Assembly: GCA_041649475.1 (NCBI GenBank)
Contig: JBAZNA010000001.1
Coordinates: forward strand, 124,267-188,266
Length of the DNA: 64,000 bases
Reading direction: 5' to 3'
From: Patescibacteria group bacterium
GTDB taxonomy: Bacteria > Patescibacteriota > Patescibacteriia > Magasanikbacterales > GWA2-37-8
The notes under the pieces were generated by a model, which made no database searches, had not been told where the DNA came from, and worked only from the letters and a program-made list of their open reading frames with translations. Every line of letters begins with the position of its first letter. Positions within the stretch are counted from its first letter, which is position 1. Of the stretch, positions 9,716 to 18,441 are shown piece by piece. Made by a program: the position numbers and the translations under genes.

Positions 9716-10654
9716 ATGCGTCCATCACGCTTCATCCGTCCGGATCAGGCCACCGGTCTGGTTCTCCAGCCCCGCGACCGGGCAATCCTGGTGTCGGTGT
9801 TCAAACACCGATTCATGTGCAGCGACCATCTCCATCAGGTTCTGTGCCCGAATGTCTGCCTCCGGGTGCTCCAGGTCCGTCTCCGCAAGCTCTGGGAGCA
9901 CCAGATGCTCGACCGGCACTTCATCCCGTTCGTCCTCGACGGCGTGCACAAGCCGCCCAAGAGGGCGAGTCAGCCCATCTACAGCCTGGCGCCGGCCGGC
10001 GCCGCGGCTCTTGATGAGGAGTCGAGGAAGGAGAGCGAGCAGCTCGCGAAGCTGCGGCCAGCCGGGAGCGCGCCCGCGCTCCTCGAGCACAATCTGGTCG
10101 CCACCGACTTCCTGGTCAGCGTCCAGGCCGCGTGCCGCGGCCGCGCTGACGTTCAGGTCGAGTGCATCGAGGCCGAGACGTCGCTCTGGCGCAAGGTCTG
10201 GAACTGGCGACAGCGAACCGGCAGGGACACCGGCTTCATCATCCCTGACGCCGCAGTCGTTCTCCGACTTCCAGCCACTGGCGAGCGCCTGGCGTTCTAT
10301 CTCGAGGTCATCCGATCCGACATCAAGGGCGGCAACCGACGGCTGCTCGTCAAGCTCAAGCGCTACACCGAGCTGCTCAGGCAGGGGTTCTTTCGCCAGG
10401 CCTTCGGCCACGAGCGAGTTCGCGCGGTGCTGGTTGCGACCAGCACGGAGACCAGGGCCCAGAACCTCAACGCCCTGGCTCAAGAACTCGCTCACGGCCG
10501 CAGGTTGTTCTGGTTCGGGGCCTACGAGCACAAGGACAGCGACGGCCGCGGAGCCACCAACTTCACGGCCGGCACGACCCTCTCGCCGATGTGGAGAACG
10601 ATCGAGGGCGAACTAGTGTCGCTTGAGCAGGGCCGCGACAAACCGCCAGCGTGA
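9716..10654 (+). CDS. Replication-relaxation family protein (copy 1)
   Basis: N-terminal LQPRDRAILVSVFKHRFMCSDHLHQ matches the Replic_Relax signature (LTxRDxxIL..HR.LtxxQ). Confidence 0.7.
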   Translation: MRPSRFIRPDQATGLVLQPRDRAILVSVFKHRFMCSDHLHQVLCPNVCLRVLQVRLRKLWEHQMLDRHFIPFVLDGVHKPPKRASQPIYSLAPAGAAALDEESRKESEQLAKLRPAGSAPALLEHNLVATDFLVSVQAACRGRADVQVECIEAETSLWRKVWNWRQRTGRDTGFIIPDAAVVLRLPATGERLAFYLEVIRSDIKGGNRRLLVKLKRYTELLRQGFFRQAFGHERVRAVLVATSTETRAQNLNALAQELAHGRRLFWFGAYEHKDSDGRGATNFTAGTTLSPMWRTIEGELVSLEQGRDKPPA

Positions 10655-10667
10655 GCCGGTAATCCAC

Positions 10668-11549
10668 TCACGCAGCCGGTGCCGTCTCCGCCACGTTGAT
10701 CTTGATCGTCGCGTCGCAGTCATCCGGCCGAGTGGCTGCGATGGGGTCATTCTGCTGAGTGTCGAACCGTATGGCCGGACGGAATCGCAACTTGGCCCCG
10801 GTCGCCGCTGGGCCGTGGAAGGAGACAACCAGCACGCCGTGCAGCGCGGGCCCGTACTCATCCAGCACCGTCTTGGTGATGTTCCACTCCACGGCCAGGG
10901 AGCCCGATTCGGCATCCAAGAAGCGGTAGATCCACCAGTTGCCGGGTGATGGGATGAGACTGTTGATTACCGGCACGCCAAGCGCGACCGCGCCCTTGAT
11001 GATCGACTCAGTTCGCGACGAGCCAAGGCCTTTGGAGCCCTCCTTCAGGGCTGCCAGCATGCAGTCCCAGACGGACGCCGAATTGCGGGAAGGGTGTAGG
11101 GCGATCAGGCCTGCCGCAACTTCAGTAAAGACCGTGCGAGAAGGTTCTGTGCCATTCTTGTCGGAGGGGAAGTCGAAGATGAGCTGGGCCTTGATAGCAG
11201 GACTCTTCGCCAAGGTCTTCATCCAGTCGAAGGACGACCCATGGGGTGACGCGAGGGCGAGATTCCAGTCGTACCGATAGACGTCCGGTGACTCGCCGTG
11301 TCGACCCGCACTGGAGCTATCCTTGCTGGATGGCGGTTCCTTCGCTTCGGGCGCAGGCTCAATGGGGGCAAGGGCCGAGGCACAAGGGTTGCCCTCACCT
11401 GCGACGCCGTACTGGATCACGATGGCTTCGTCGACACCCTTGGGGGCAGCTTGGCGTGGTGCCCAATCGTGAGCCTCGGCGCTTGGACGCTGGTCCTCGG
11501 GCCGTCGGATAACCCACAGCTTGCGCTTCTGCTCAACCAGCAGGCTCAT
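10668..11549 (-). CDS. Hypothetical protein
   Basis: ORF 10668..11654; likely start at ATG 11549, preceded by AAGGAGG; no recognised domain. Confidence 0.5.
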   Translation of the reverse strand: MSLLVEQKRKLWVIRRPEDQRPSAEAHDWAPRQAAPKGVDEAIVIQYGVAGEGNPCASALAPIEPAPEAKEPPSSKDSSSAGRHGESPDVYRYDWNLALASPHGSSFDWMKTLAKSPAIKAQLIFDFPSDKNGTEPSRTVFTEVAAGLIALHPSRNSASVWDCMLAALKEGSKGLGSSRTESIIKGAVALGVPVINSLIPSPGNWWIYRFLDAESGSLAVEWNITKTVLDEYGPALHGVLVVSFHGPAATGAKLRFRPAIRFDTQQNDPIAATRPDDCDATIKINVAETAPAA

Positions 11550-11671
11550 CCCCAGCCTCCTTGTCCAATCCTGACGAACCCCGACCCGTGACGTGGCAGC
11601 CGGACGGTACGCAGAGTGGCCAGCTATGTCAACGACGAGGAGGATCTCACTCACTATCCCTTCATCCCCCT

Positions 11672-12997
11672 ATGCCACCAGCCTACATCCTCACGCCCCC
11701 GCAGCCGGCCTCGGAGAAGCTACTCATCCTCGGGGAGACGACCTGGAGGGGCAAGCATCTCCGGTTTGGGCTCCTTCCCGATGATCGGCTCCGCCACCTC
11801 TGGCTCCTCGGCAAGACCGGCTCGGGCAAGTCCACGCTCCTCGCCAATCTCGTGGCCCAGGATCTGGCGGCCGGCACCGGCCTCGCTCTCCTCGACCCGC
11901 ACGGCGATCTGGTCGACAGCGTGCTCCCTCTTGTCCCTCGGAGCAGGACCAACCAGGTCCTGTTGTTCGCTCCGGAGGACAGGGAGTTTCCGCTGTCGTT
12001 CAACATCTTCCGTCGGGGAAGACAGCCTCACCCGGACACTGCTCTCCTGGCATCCCAGCTCGTCTCGGTCTTTCGCAAGTACTGGGCCGACTCCTGGGGC
12101 CCGCGGCTCGAGCACATTCTGCGCAACGCGATCCTCGCGGTCGCGCCTGATCCGAGGGCCACGCTTCTGTTCCTCTACCGGTTCCTGACCGATGAGGGGC
12201 TGCGGGAGAAGGTCACCTCGTCGATCTGTGATCCGGTTGTCTCTCAGTTCTGGACCAAGGAGTACCCGGGCTACACCAAGGCCCTGCAGAGCGAAGCCGT
12301 GGCGCCGGCCCTCAACAAGCTCGGCGCCTTCGTAGCCCACCCGGTGGTGCGCAACATTGTCAGCCAGGAGCGTTCGCGTCTGGACCTCGTCGAACTCATG
12401 AGCGATCGGGGCATCCTGCTCGCCAACCTGGCCACCGGACGGATAGGGGAAGATGCCAGTCACTTGCTCGGCGGACTGCTTCTGTCAGCCGTTCAGCTCG
12501 CGGCGATGGAGAAGCCACGAGGAGGACCGCCGTTCATGGTCTATGTCGACGAGTTCCAGCACTTCGTCACCGACTCGTTGGCCACCATGCTGTCCGAGTC
12601 CAGAAAATTCGGCTTGGGCCTGACGCTGGCACACCAGTATCTGGCCCAACTGACTCCTGCCATCCGCGACGCGGTTCTCGGGAACATCGGCACCTCGATC
12701 ATTTTTCGCCTCGGCGGGCACGATGCACTGATGCTTGAGCCAGAGTTCGCGCCGGCCTTCACGGCTCGCGACCTGCAGGCCCTCGAGCGCTACCATGTGG
12801 CCGTGAAGATGCTCGCGCGCGGCGAGAGTCTGAAGCCGTTCTCTGCCTGCACCTTGCCGGCGATCGTTCGACCGGCAGATGCCGACGACACGAACATCAG
12901 GATCAGGGAGCAGTCGCGTGCGCGGTTTTGCTCGCCGCGGGAGCAGGTCGAGGCGGCAATCTCTGCCAGCTGCGGCATCGCGGGCGCTGCCGTATAG
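11672..12997 (+). CDS. FtsK/TraD (VirD4)-type conjugative DNA-translocase/coupling P-loop ATPase (copy 1)
   Basis: Walker A LLGKTGSGKSTLL, Walker B VYVDEFQ, AHQ motif; ORF open from 11561, start uncertain. Confidence 0.65.
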   Translation: MPPAYILTPPQPASEKLLILGETTWRGKHLRFGLLPDDRLRHLWLLGKTGSGKSTLLANLVAQDLAAGTGLALLDPHGDLVDSVLPLVPRSRTNQVLLFAPEDREFPLSFNIFRRGRQPHPDTALLASQLVSVFRKYWADSWGPRLEHILRNAILAVAPDPRATLLFLYRFLTDEGLREKVTSSICDPVVSQFWTKEYPGYTKALQSEAVAPALNKLGAFVAHPVVRNIVSQERSRLDLVELMSDRGILLANLATGRIGEDASHLLGGLLLSAVQLAAMEKPRGGPPFMVYVDEFQHFVTDSLATMLSESRKFGLGLTLAHQYLAQLTPAIRDAVLGNIGTSIIFRLGGHDALMLEPEFAPAFTARDLQALERYHVAVKMLARGESLKPFSACTLPAIVRPADADDTNIRIREQSRARFCSPREQVEAAISASCGIAGAAV

Positions 12998-13024
12998 TGC
13001 GGTCACGCCGTTTGGGAGGAAGCC

Positions 13025-13363
13025 ATGGCCAAGGTAGACGCAGACGAAATCTCTGCCGCCATCAGAGAGGTGCTCGCGAACGCGTCCACGGGAAAGGGAA
13101 CCACTCGCGCATACCTCACCGCGTACCAGATCCTCAAGCGCCTCCCACAGGCGCTACAGGACACGTTGCAGGCGGAGTACGGAAGGAGCGGGAAGGGTGG
13201 TGGTTGGCCCTTCGGACCGGCCACCCGCGTTGCACAAGTGGCATCGGGCCTGCACGGGGTCCACCACGTCTCTCTCGACACGCGCGGTCTGCAATTCGAT
13301 GTCGGCCAGACTGACGAGGTGGAGGCCGGCTACAACCTCTGCGCACTCTTCCGCCTCACGTAG
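13025..13363 (+). CDS. Hypothetical protein
   Basis: 112-aa ORF following the coupling-ATPase gene. Confidence 0.35.
   Translation: MAKVDADEISAAIREVLANASTGKGTTRAYLTAYQILKRLPQALQDTLQAEYGRSGKGGGWPFGPATRVAQVASGLHGVHHVSLDTRGLQFDVGQTDEVEAGYNLCALFRLT
13239..13255 (+). promoter_or_regulatory. Candidate sigma-54 (-24/-12) promoter TGGCAT-N5-CTGCA
   Basis: GG and GC elements at the canonical 10-bp spacing; about 415 bp upstream of the sigma-54 activator gene. Confidence 0.2.
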
Positions 13364-13668
13364 ACCACGACACCGCTCTTGCTCTCGTAGTCGCATCGCT
13401 TCATCTCGTCGCTCCTCCTGAAGAGCCCTCTTTCGGTGTTCACACACCGACACCGCCCGTCTCTGACGGGCCGTCCCCTCTGACTCGGCCGCTAGCCAAT
13501 GCCGGTCGTGGCGCTTGCCCCGTCTGGTCACGGGCCTGCGCGCATCGGTCGCCTCGGGATCAGCCGAGGACCGGTGCTCAGAGGGGACGGTACCCCATCG
13601 GGGGGTGCTGCCGATCGCTCTTTCACGCACGCACCCCGGCGAGGAAGTCGGGGAAGGGAGGTGTACCC

Positions 13669-14688
13669 ATGGAAGCTCTGCACTGCAGCCGGCCCAGGCA
13701 CTGGCGCGACAACATCGTCGCGGTCAGCCAGCCCATGCGCCGGCTGCTCTCCCTCATCGACAGGATCGCACCTTCGACTCTGCCGGTCCTCATCCTCGGT
13801 GAGACTGGCACCGGCAAGGAAGTGCTCGCCCACGCCGTCCACGAGGCCAGCGGCCGCAGTGGGCCGCTCGTGGCCCTCAACTGCGCGGCGGTTCCTTCCG
13901 GTCTGGCCGAGAGTGAGCTCTTCGGCCACGTGCGCGGCGCTTTCACCGGCGCCTCGAGCGCCGTCCCGGGCTTGTTCGAGCAAGCCGACCACGGCTCGTT
14001 GTTCCTCGACGAGATCGCCGAGCTCGGCCTGCATCTGCAGGCGAAGCTCCTGCGCGCTCTCGAAGAGGGCACCATCCGTCGGCTCGGCGCCACGGCGCTC
14101 GTCACGATTGACGTTCGCATCATCGCGGCCACCAGCCGGAACCTCTCCTACCTCGTTGACCTCGGCCGGTTTCGCGACGACCTCGTGCAACGGCTCGCTG
14201 GCGTCGTGCTCCAGATTCCGCCGCTTGCTCAACGGCCCGCAGACATCGAGCCCCTGGCTCTTCGCTTCCTGCGCCAGGCCGTGGGAGACAGGAGGCCACC
14301 GGAGGTATCGCCCCTGGTCTGGCCCTGGCTCACGAGCCAGCCCTGGCCCGGCAATGTTCGTCAGCTCAAGCTGGCGGTCGAGCGCGCGGTCGCGCTCGGC
14401 GAGAACGTCCTTTCGCCGCAGCACTTCGAGACCGGAGGCTCCAGTTTCCGCCTCTGCGACTCGGGTGTTCCGGAGGCTTGGCTCGAGAACAGGAGCTGGC
14501 TCCGGATTGAGCGGGAGATTCTGGCCTGGGCCGTCCGGCACTACGGCTCTATCCGAGCCGCAGCCCGGGCACTCCAGCTGCCTCGCTCGACCCTCGCCGG
14601 GCGCGCTAGCAAGCTCGAGATCAGGGCGAGCGCTCTCGCACGAGGCGCCGACATCCCGCTCACCGGCCACAACCCCAACCAGGAGTAG
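13669..14688 (+). CDS. Sigma-54-dependent transcriptional activator, AAA+ core plus C-terminal HTH, no sensor domain (PspF-like)
   Basis: GETGTGKE Walker A, ESELFGHVRGAFTGA (GAFTGA motif), C-terminal Fis-type HTH. Confidence 0.8.
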   Translation: MEALHCSRPRHWRDNIVAVSQPMRRLLSLIDRIAPSTLPVLILGETGTGKEVLAHAVHEASGRSGPLVALNCAAVPSGLAESELFGHVRGAFTGASSAVPGLFEQADHGSLFLDEIAELGLHLQAKLLRALEEGTIRRLGATALVTIDVRIIAATSRNLSYLVDLGRFRDDLVQRLAGVVLQIPPLAQRPADIEPLALRFLRQAVGDRRPPEVSPLVWPWLTSQPWPGNVRQLKLAVERAVALGENVLSPQHFETGGSSFRLCDSGVPEAWLENRSWLRIEREILAWAVRHYGSIRAAARALQLPRSTLAGRASKLEIRASALARGADIPLTGHNPNQE

Positions 14689-14692
14689 ACCC

Positions 14693-14908
14693 ATGACACC
14701 ATGTGTGATTGTCGTCCAGTTTCTCGACGGTACCGTCGATGTTGTGGGGCCCTTCCAGAACGACCAGGAGGCCCATGAATGGCGGCGCATGCATCCGACC
14801 ATTCCCCGCGGCCTGTGCAACGTGCAGCCGATTGAGGACCCCGCCAGCTACAGCTGGCCGAGGAAACGTCGGCGTCGTCGCACCGTCCGCCTGATCATCA
14901 CCCCCTGA
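14693..14908 (+). CDS. Small protein with Arg-rich C-terminal tail (paralog 1)
   Basis: MTPCVIVVQFLDGTVDVVGPFQNDQEAHEW...RKRRRRRTVRLIITP; RBS AGGAG 8 nt upstream. Confidence 0.45.
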   Translation: MTPCVIVVQFLDGTVDVVGPFQNDQEAHEWRRMHPTIPRGLCNVQPIEDPASYSWPRKRRRRRTVRLIITP

Positions 14909-15063
14909 TGATCGTCTCGCTCTCACGCCCCGCAGCCCAGGCGCTCCAGCTTCCCCCCCCAACCCTCGCTGGCCGCGTCAGCAAGCTCGAGATAAGCATC
15001 CGCTCCCACGCGCACCTCACCGACTCGGAACCCATCAACCGCAACCTCGACCAGGAGTAGACC

Positions 15064-15279
15064 ATGGGACTCTGCGTGATCATCGTCCGCCTCTTCGGCC
15101 TGACCTGCGACATCGTCGGCCCGTTCGACAACGACGAGGAAGCCTACGACTGGGTGCGCAAGCACCCGAGCGTCACCCGCGGCAGCTGGGATCTGGAGCC
15201 CATCCGGGATCCGGCCAGCTACCGCAGGCCGAGGCGCCCTCGGCGCCGCCGCGCCATCCGCCTCGTCATCGCCAGGTGA
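15064..15279 (+). CDS. Small protein with Arg-rich C-terminal tail (paralog 2)
   Basis: MGLCVIIVRLFGLTCDIVGPFDNDEEAYDW...RRPRRRRAIRLVIAR; about 50% identical to 14693..14908. Confidence 0.45.
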   Translation: MGLCVIIVRLFGLTCDIVGPFDNDEEAYDWVRKHPSVTRGSWDLEPIRDPASYRRPRRPRRRRAIRLVIAR

Positions 15280-15342
15280 CGTCGGCGATGTGATGAGCCA
15301 GGTGGTCAAGCCTGGGCTCGTCGGAAAGGAGAACCACGACCT

Positions 15343-16434
15343 ATGAGTGAATGGGTCAACTTCGCGGAGATCCGCGCTCGGGTTTCACTCGAGGACGTGA
15401 TCTTCCGCCTCTACAAGATCGACACCCTGAAGCGTGTCGGCAACAAGCTCACCGGACCCTGTCCGGTCCACGGCGGCGATTCGCCCACGGCGTTTCGCGC
15501 CGACCTGGACAAGAACGTCTGGTACTGCTTCACCAAGTGCCGCAAGGGCGGCAACCAGCTCGACTTCGTCGCGGCCATGGAGAACATCACGGTCCGCGAT
15601 GCGGCCCTCAAGATCCAGGCGTTCTTCCTCGGCAACGGGCCGGACAGGACCAGCACCGAACCGCCACCGAGTGGCACAACGATGCCGCCGGCTCCGCCCT
15701 CGCCCGTACCTGCATCACCGCCCGCCACACCCACCACCAAGCCCACCGACGAACTTCCTTCCCAGGAGAACCCGCCCCTGAGCATGACGTTGGACCTCAA
15801 GTCCGACCACCCGCACTTGATCGAATTTCGCAAGCTCAAGCTCGAAACCACCCAGCTCTTTGGGGTCGGCTACTGCAGCCGCGGCATCATGCGGGGCACG
15901 ATCGCCATCCCGATCCACGACGACGATGGCCATCTGGTGGCCTACGCCGGCAGACGGCTCAAGCCCGTCGACATCAAGGAGTACGGCAAGTACAAGTTCC
16001 CCAAGGGCTTCCGCAAGGACCTCGTCCTCCATAACCTGCATCGGGCGAACGAGCACGGCTCCGACACCGGCATCGTCCTTGTCGAGGGCTTCTTCTCGGT
16101 CCTGAAGCTCCATGAGGCCGGGCTCCCGAACACGGTCGCGGCCATGGGCTGCGACCTGTCCGAGGCCCAGGCTCGGCTCCTCGCTGACGTCAAGGAGGTG
16201 ATCATCATCTTCGACGGCAACGAAACCGGAAGAAACGGAGCCCAGGCAGCCAGGAAGCGGCTCGAGGACCTCAACGTCCCGGTCCGCCTCGTGCACCTGC
16301 CCGAGAACCTGGAGCCCGAGGATCTGCCGCCGAAAGGACTGCGCTGGCTGGTCAACGGCATGACTGGCCTGGACCTGGCCGAGGTGAGCTTCACCCTGCG
16401 CCAGCCGAAGGGAGGTGAGACACCCAAGACCTGA
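15343..16434 (+). CDS. DnaG-like DNA primase (CHC2 zinc finger plus TOPRIM)
   Basis: CPVHGGDSPTAF...WYCFTKCRKGGNQLDF zinc finger; TOPRIM acidic motifs VLVEGFFS, IIIFDGNETG; RBS AAAGGAG. Confidence 0.8.
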   Translation: MSEWVNFAEIRARVSLEDVIFRLYKIDTLKRVGNKLTGPCPVHGGDSPTAFRADLDKNVWYCFTKCRKGGNQLDFVAAMENITVRDAALKIQAFFLGNGPDRTSTEPPPSGTTMPPAPPSPVPASPPATPTTKPTDELPSQENPPLSMTLDLKSDHPHLIEFRKLKLETTQLFGVGYCSRGIMRGTIAIPIHDDDGHLVAYAGRRLKPVDIKEYGKYKFPKGFRKDLVLHNLHRANEHGSDTGIVLVEGFFSVLKLHEAGLPNTVAAMGCDLSEAQARLLADVKEVIIIFDGNETGRNGAQAARKRLEDLNVPVRLVHLPENLEPEDLPPKGLRWLVNGMTGLDLAEVSFTLRQPKGGETPKT

Positions 16435-16517
16435 TCGACCACGCATCCATCCGCACCACGTTCCCCGCCCATCCGTCCGGTAACACCAATCCCATCACCG
16501 ATAGGAAGGACAAGCAC

Positions 16518-16715
16518 ATGAGCAAGAGCGAGAGGCTGAACGTGTACGCGCTCGTCGAGCGCGAGGAGAAGAAGACCATCTGGCTGCGCGTCGGCACGGC
16601 CTTCGTCAACAAGGACGACAGCATCAACGTCTACCTCGATGCCGTGCCCCTGGCCGGCAAGCTCCAGATCCGGCGTCCGTCCGACAACAACAAGGACGCG
16701 GACTCCGAGCAGTAG
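16518..16715 (+). CDS. Hypothetical small protein
   Basis: 65 aa, RBS AGGAAGG. Confidence 0.4.
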   Translation: MSKSERLNVYALVEREEKKTIWLRVGTAFVNKDDSINVYLDAVPLAGKLQIRRPSDNNKDADSEQ

Positions 16716-16723
16716 TCCGGCCG

Positions 16724-17422
16724 ATGGCAGGGAAGACGTCTGGGAACCAGGATGAGCGCACATCCGTGCTGCTCATCGACGCGCTCGCGCGCATCTGGTC
16801 CAAGATCCGCGAGCTGCACCCGAGAGTTCCGGGAGTGGTCCTCCTGGCCGCACCTGCGGCCAGGGAGACCGTCAACGCACTTGGCTACTTCGCCGCCCTG
16901 CGGTGGAGCGCCAAGAAGAAAGGAGGATCGCACCTTCACGAAGTGGCCGTGGTGGCCGAGCACCTGAACCGTCCGGTCGAGGAGATCGTGGAAACCCTGC
17001 TTCACGAAGCAGCGCACGCCATGAACTTCGAGCTGGGCATCAAGGACTGCTCAGCCTCCCAGTACCACAACCAGCGCTTCCGTGATGCGGCCCTGCGCCT
17101 CGGACTCGAGGTCACGCAGGTCAGGCACTACGGCTACGCGCTCACCAAGATGCCGCCGGAGACGGCGGCCATCTACAAGGAGGAGATCGAGTCGCTCACC
17201 CAGGTCCTTGTGCACAGACGGCGGATGACGCCGTTCGGCACAGGACCGACGCCAAAGGGCGGAGAGGAGGGCGACGACAGTAACGACAACGACAACAGGC
17301 CACGCTCACGCAACCTGAAGGCCGTGTGCGCCTGCGGGTTCATCATTCGCGTGAGCAAAGCCACACTCGAGAATACGGTAATTCGCTGCGAGAGCTGCGG
17401 AAAGCCGTTTTACGTCGGCTAG
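16724..17422 (+). CDS. SprT-like zinc metallopeptidase with C-terminal zinc ribbon
   Basis: HEAAH motif; C-terminal CACG...CESCGKPF ribbon. Confidence 0.6.
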   Translation: MAGKTSGNQDERTSVLLIDALARIWSKIRELHPRVPGVVLLAAPAARETVNALGYFAALRWSAKKKGGSHLHEVAVVAEHLNRPVEEIVETLLHEAAHAMNFELGIKDCSASQYHNQRFRDAALRLGLEVTQVRHYGYALTKMPPETAAIYKEEIESLTQVLVHRRRMTPFGTGPTPKGGEEGDDSNDNDNRPRSRNLKAVCACGFIIRVSKATLENTVIRCESCGKPFYVG

Positions 17423-17428
17423 TCTCAA

Positions 17429-17456
17429 GGAGCCAACCACCAGGGAGGCTCCTTTT
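17429..17456 (+). terminator. Rho-independent terminator (GGAGCC...GGCTCC, then TTTT)
   Basis: Hairpin directly after the stop of 16724..17422. Confidence 0.55.
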
Positions 17457-17501
17457 CAATGCTGCATCAGCATCTCCAGGTCCGCCGAACTTGGCCGTGA
17501 C

Positions 17502-17531
17502 TTGATTGGAGAGCGGGATTTCTGGTAGAAT
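17502..17531 (+). promoter_or_regulatory. Sigma-70-like promoter with extended -10 (TTGATT-N18-TGgTAGAAT), followed by palindromes
   Basis: Sequence match; downstream palindromes AGGGACGAATGTCCCT and TGACCAATCATGGTCA. Confidence 0.35.
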
Positions 17532-17648
17532 GCTAATAAGGGACGAATGTCCCTCGTGGGCTTCTAAGAAGGAGGTGTGAGAAGTCCAAGAGGGTACGGA
17601 CTTCCTACTGACCAATCATGGTCAGAGCGCAACCCAAACGAGGTACTA

Positions 17649-18398
17649 ATGAAGGAAAGGAGTGCCATAGGAGGCCATTCTCGTTTTTCCAAAGAGTCAG
17701 ACCATGCATCCGCGCAGACCGCAAACATACCCAACCCAGATGTCGCGCGTGTGCCTGACCGTGACGAGCACCGCACGAAGCAGCACCAATATGCCCGGCC
17801 CCCCGTTGCGCGGCCCCTTCCCGACGCGCTCGTGACAACCTCGGAAGCGTTCGTCGGTCTGCTCGTGCGGGTGCGCTGCCTCGCAGGTGGATTCTGCTAC
17901 TCCGGGCCAGTAGTCTGGAGAATAAGCCCAGGCTTCCTTCGCGCGGAGGACATTGCCTCAATGTGGCATGGTGACCAATTCGGATCCTCGGATCTAGCCT
18001 TGGGCGAGCTTCTCCGCCCGGAGCACACGCCCGACTCGCTGGCAATGTTCATTCCACGATGGTTCGTTGACGCCGTCTCCCTGCGACTGACTCAGGAAGC
18101 CGCCGTGGTTGCTGCGAAGATCTCTCATCTTGGACTGCCCGCGGCGCTCCTCCTACGTCGAGCGACTCTATCCATCATGCTGGCCCTCCTTCATTCGTAC
18201 GCCCTGACGTTCGGGGAGCCGCTATCATTGCTTCCCTTTTGGATTCGGACAGGGACCATCCTCCGTGATGGAAGACGGATCCAACTGTCCAGCGGACGAG
18301 ATGGCCCGCTACTCAGGGCCGTCCAGGACGACTCGAGTGACGACACCCACACGATTGCATTTCCTCTCGTGTGTGGCGCGTTCAAGGAGTGGACGTAG
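17649..18398 (+). CDS. Hypothetical protein
   Basis: ORF 17577..18398; likely start at ATG 17649 with GAGG RBS; no recognised domain. Confidence 0.3.
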   Translation: MKERSAIGGHSRFSKESDHASAQTANIPNPDVARVPDRDEHRTKQHQYARPPVARPLPDALVTTSEAFVGLLVRVRCLAGGFCYSGPVVWRISPGFLRAEDIASMWHGDQFGSSDLALGELLRPEHTPDSLAMFIPRWFVDAVSLRLTQEAAVVAAKISHLGLPAALLLRRATLSIMLALLHSYALTFGEPLSLLPFWIRTGTILRDGRRIQLSSGRDGPLLRAVQDDSSDDTHTIAFPLVCGAFKEWT

Positions 18399-18404
18399 GC
18401 TACC

Positions 18405-18434
18405 GAGACCCCGCAATCGTGGGGTCTCCTTTTC
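18405..18434. terminator. Bidirectional terminator hairpin (GAGACCCC-N8-GGGGTCTC, then CTTTTC) between convergent genes
   Basis: 8-bp perfect stem, T-rich tail. Confidence 0.5.
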
Positions 18435-18441
18435 TAATTGC

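Larger units (their letters stand above)
14560..15290 (+). repeat. Tandem segmental duplication of about 2 x 365 bp (units about 14560-14930 and 14932-15290), diverged
   Basis: Both units share ...cagcccgggc(a/g)ctccagct...agcaagctcgaga...aaccaggagtagacc-ATG and encode paralogous 71-aa proteins; unit 2 retains a remnant of the activator C-terminus and a C8 homopolymer. Confidence 0.6.

Noticed and set aside
13499-14908. 469-aa plus-strand ORF and 430-aa minus-strand ORF (13528..14820) covering the sigma-54 activator locus
   Set aside because: Other frames or antisense of a clearly motif-supported gene; compositionally Ser/Arg/Pro-biased.
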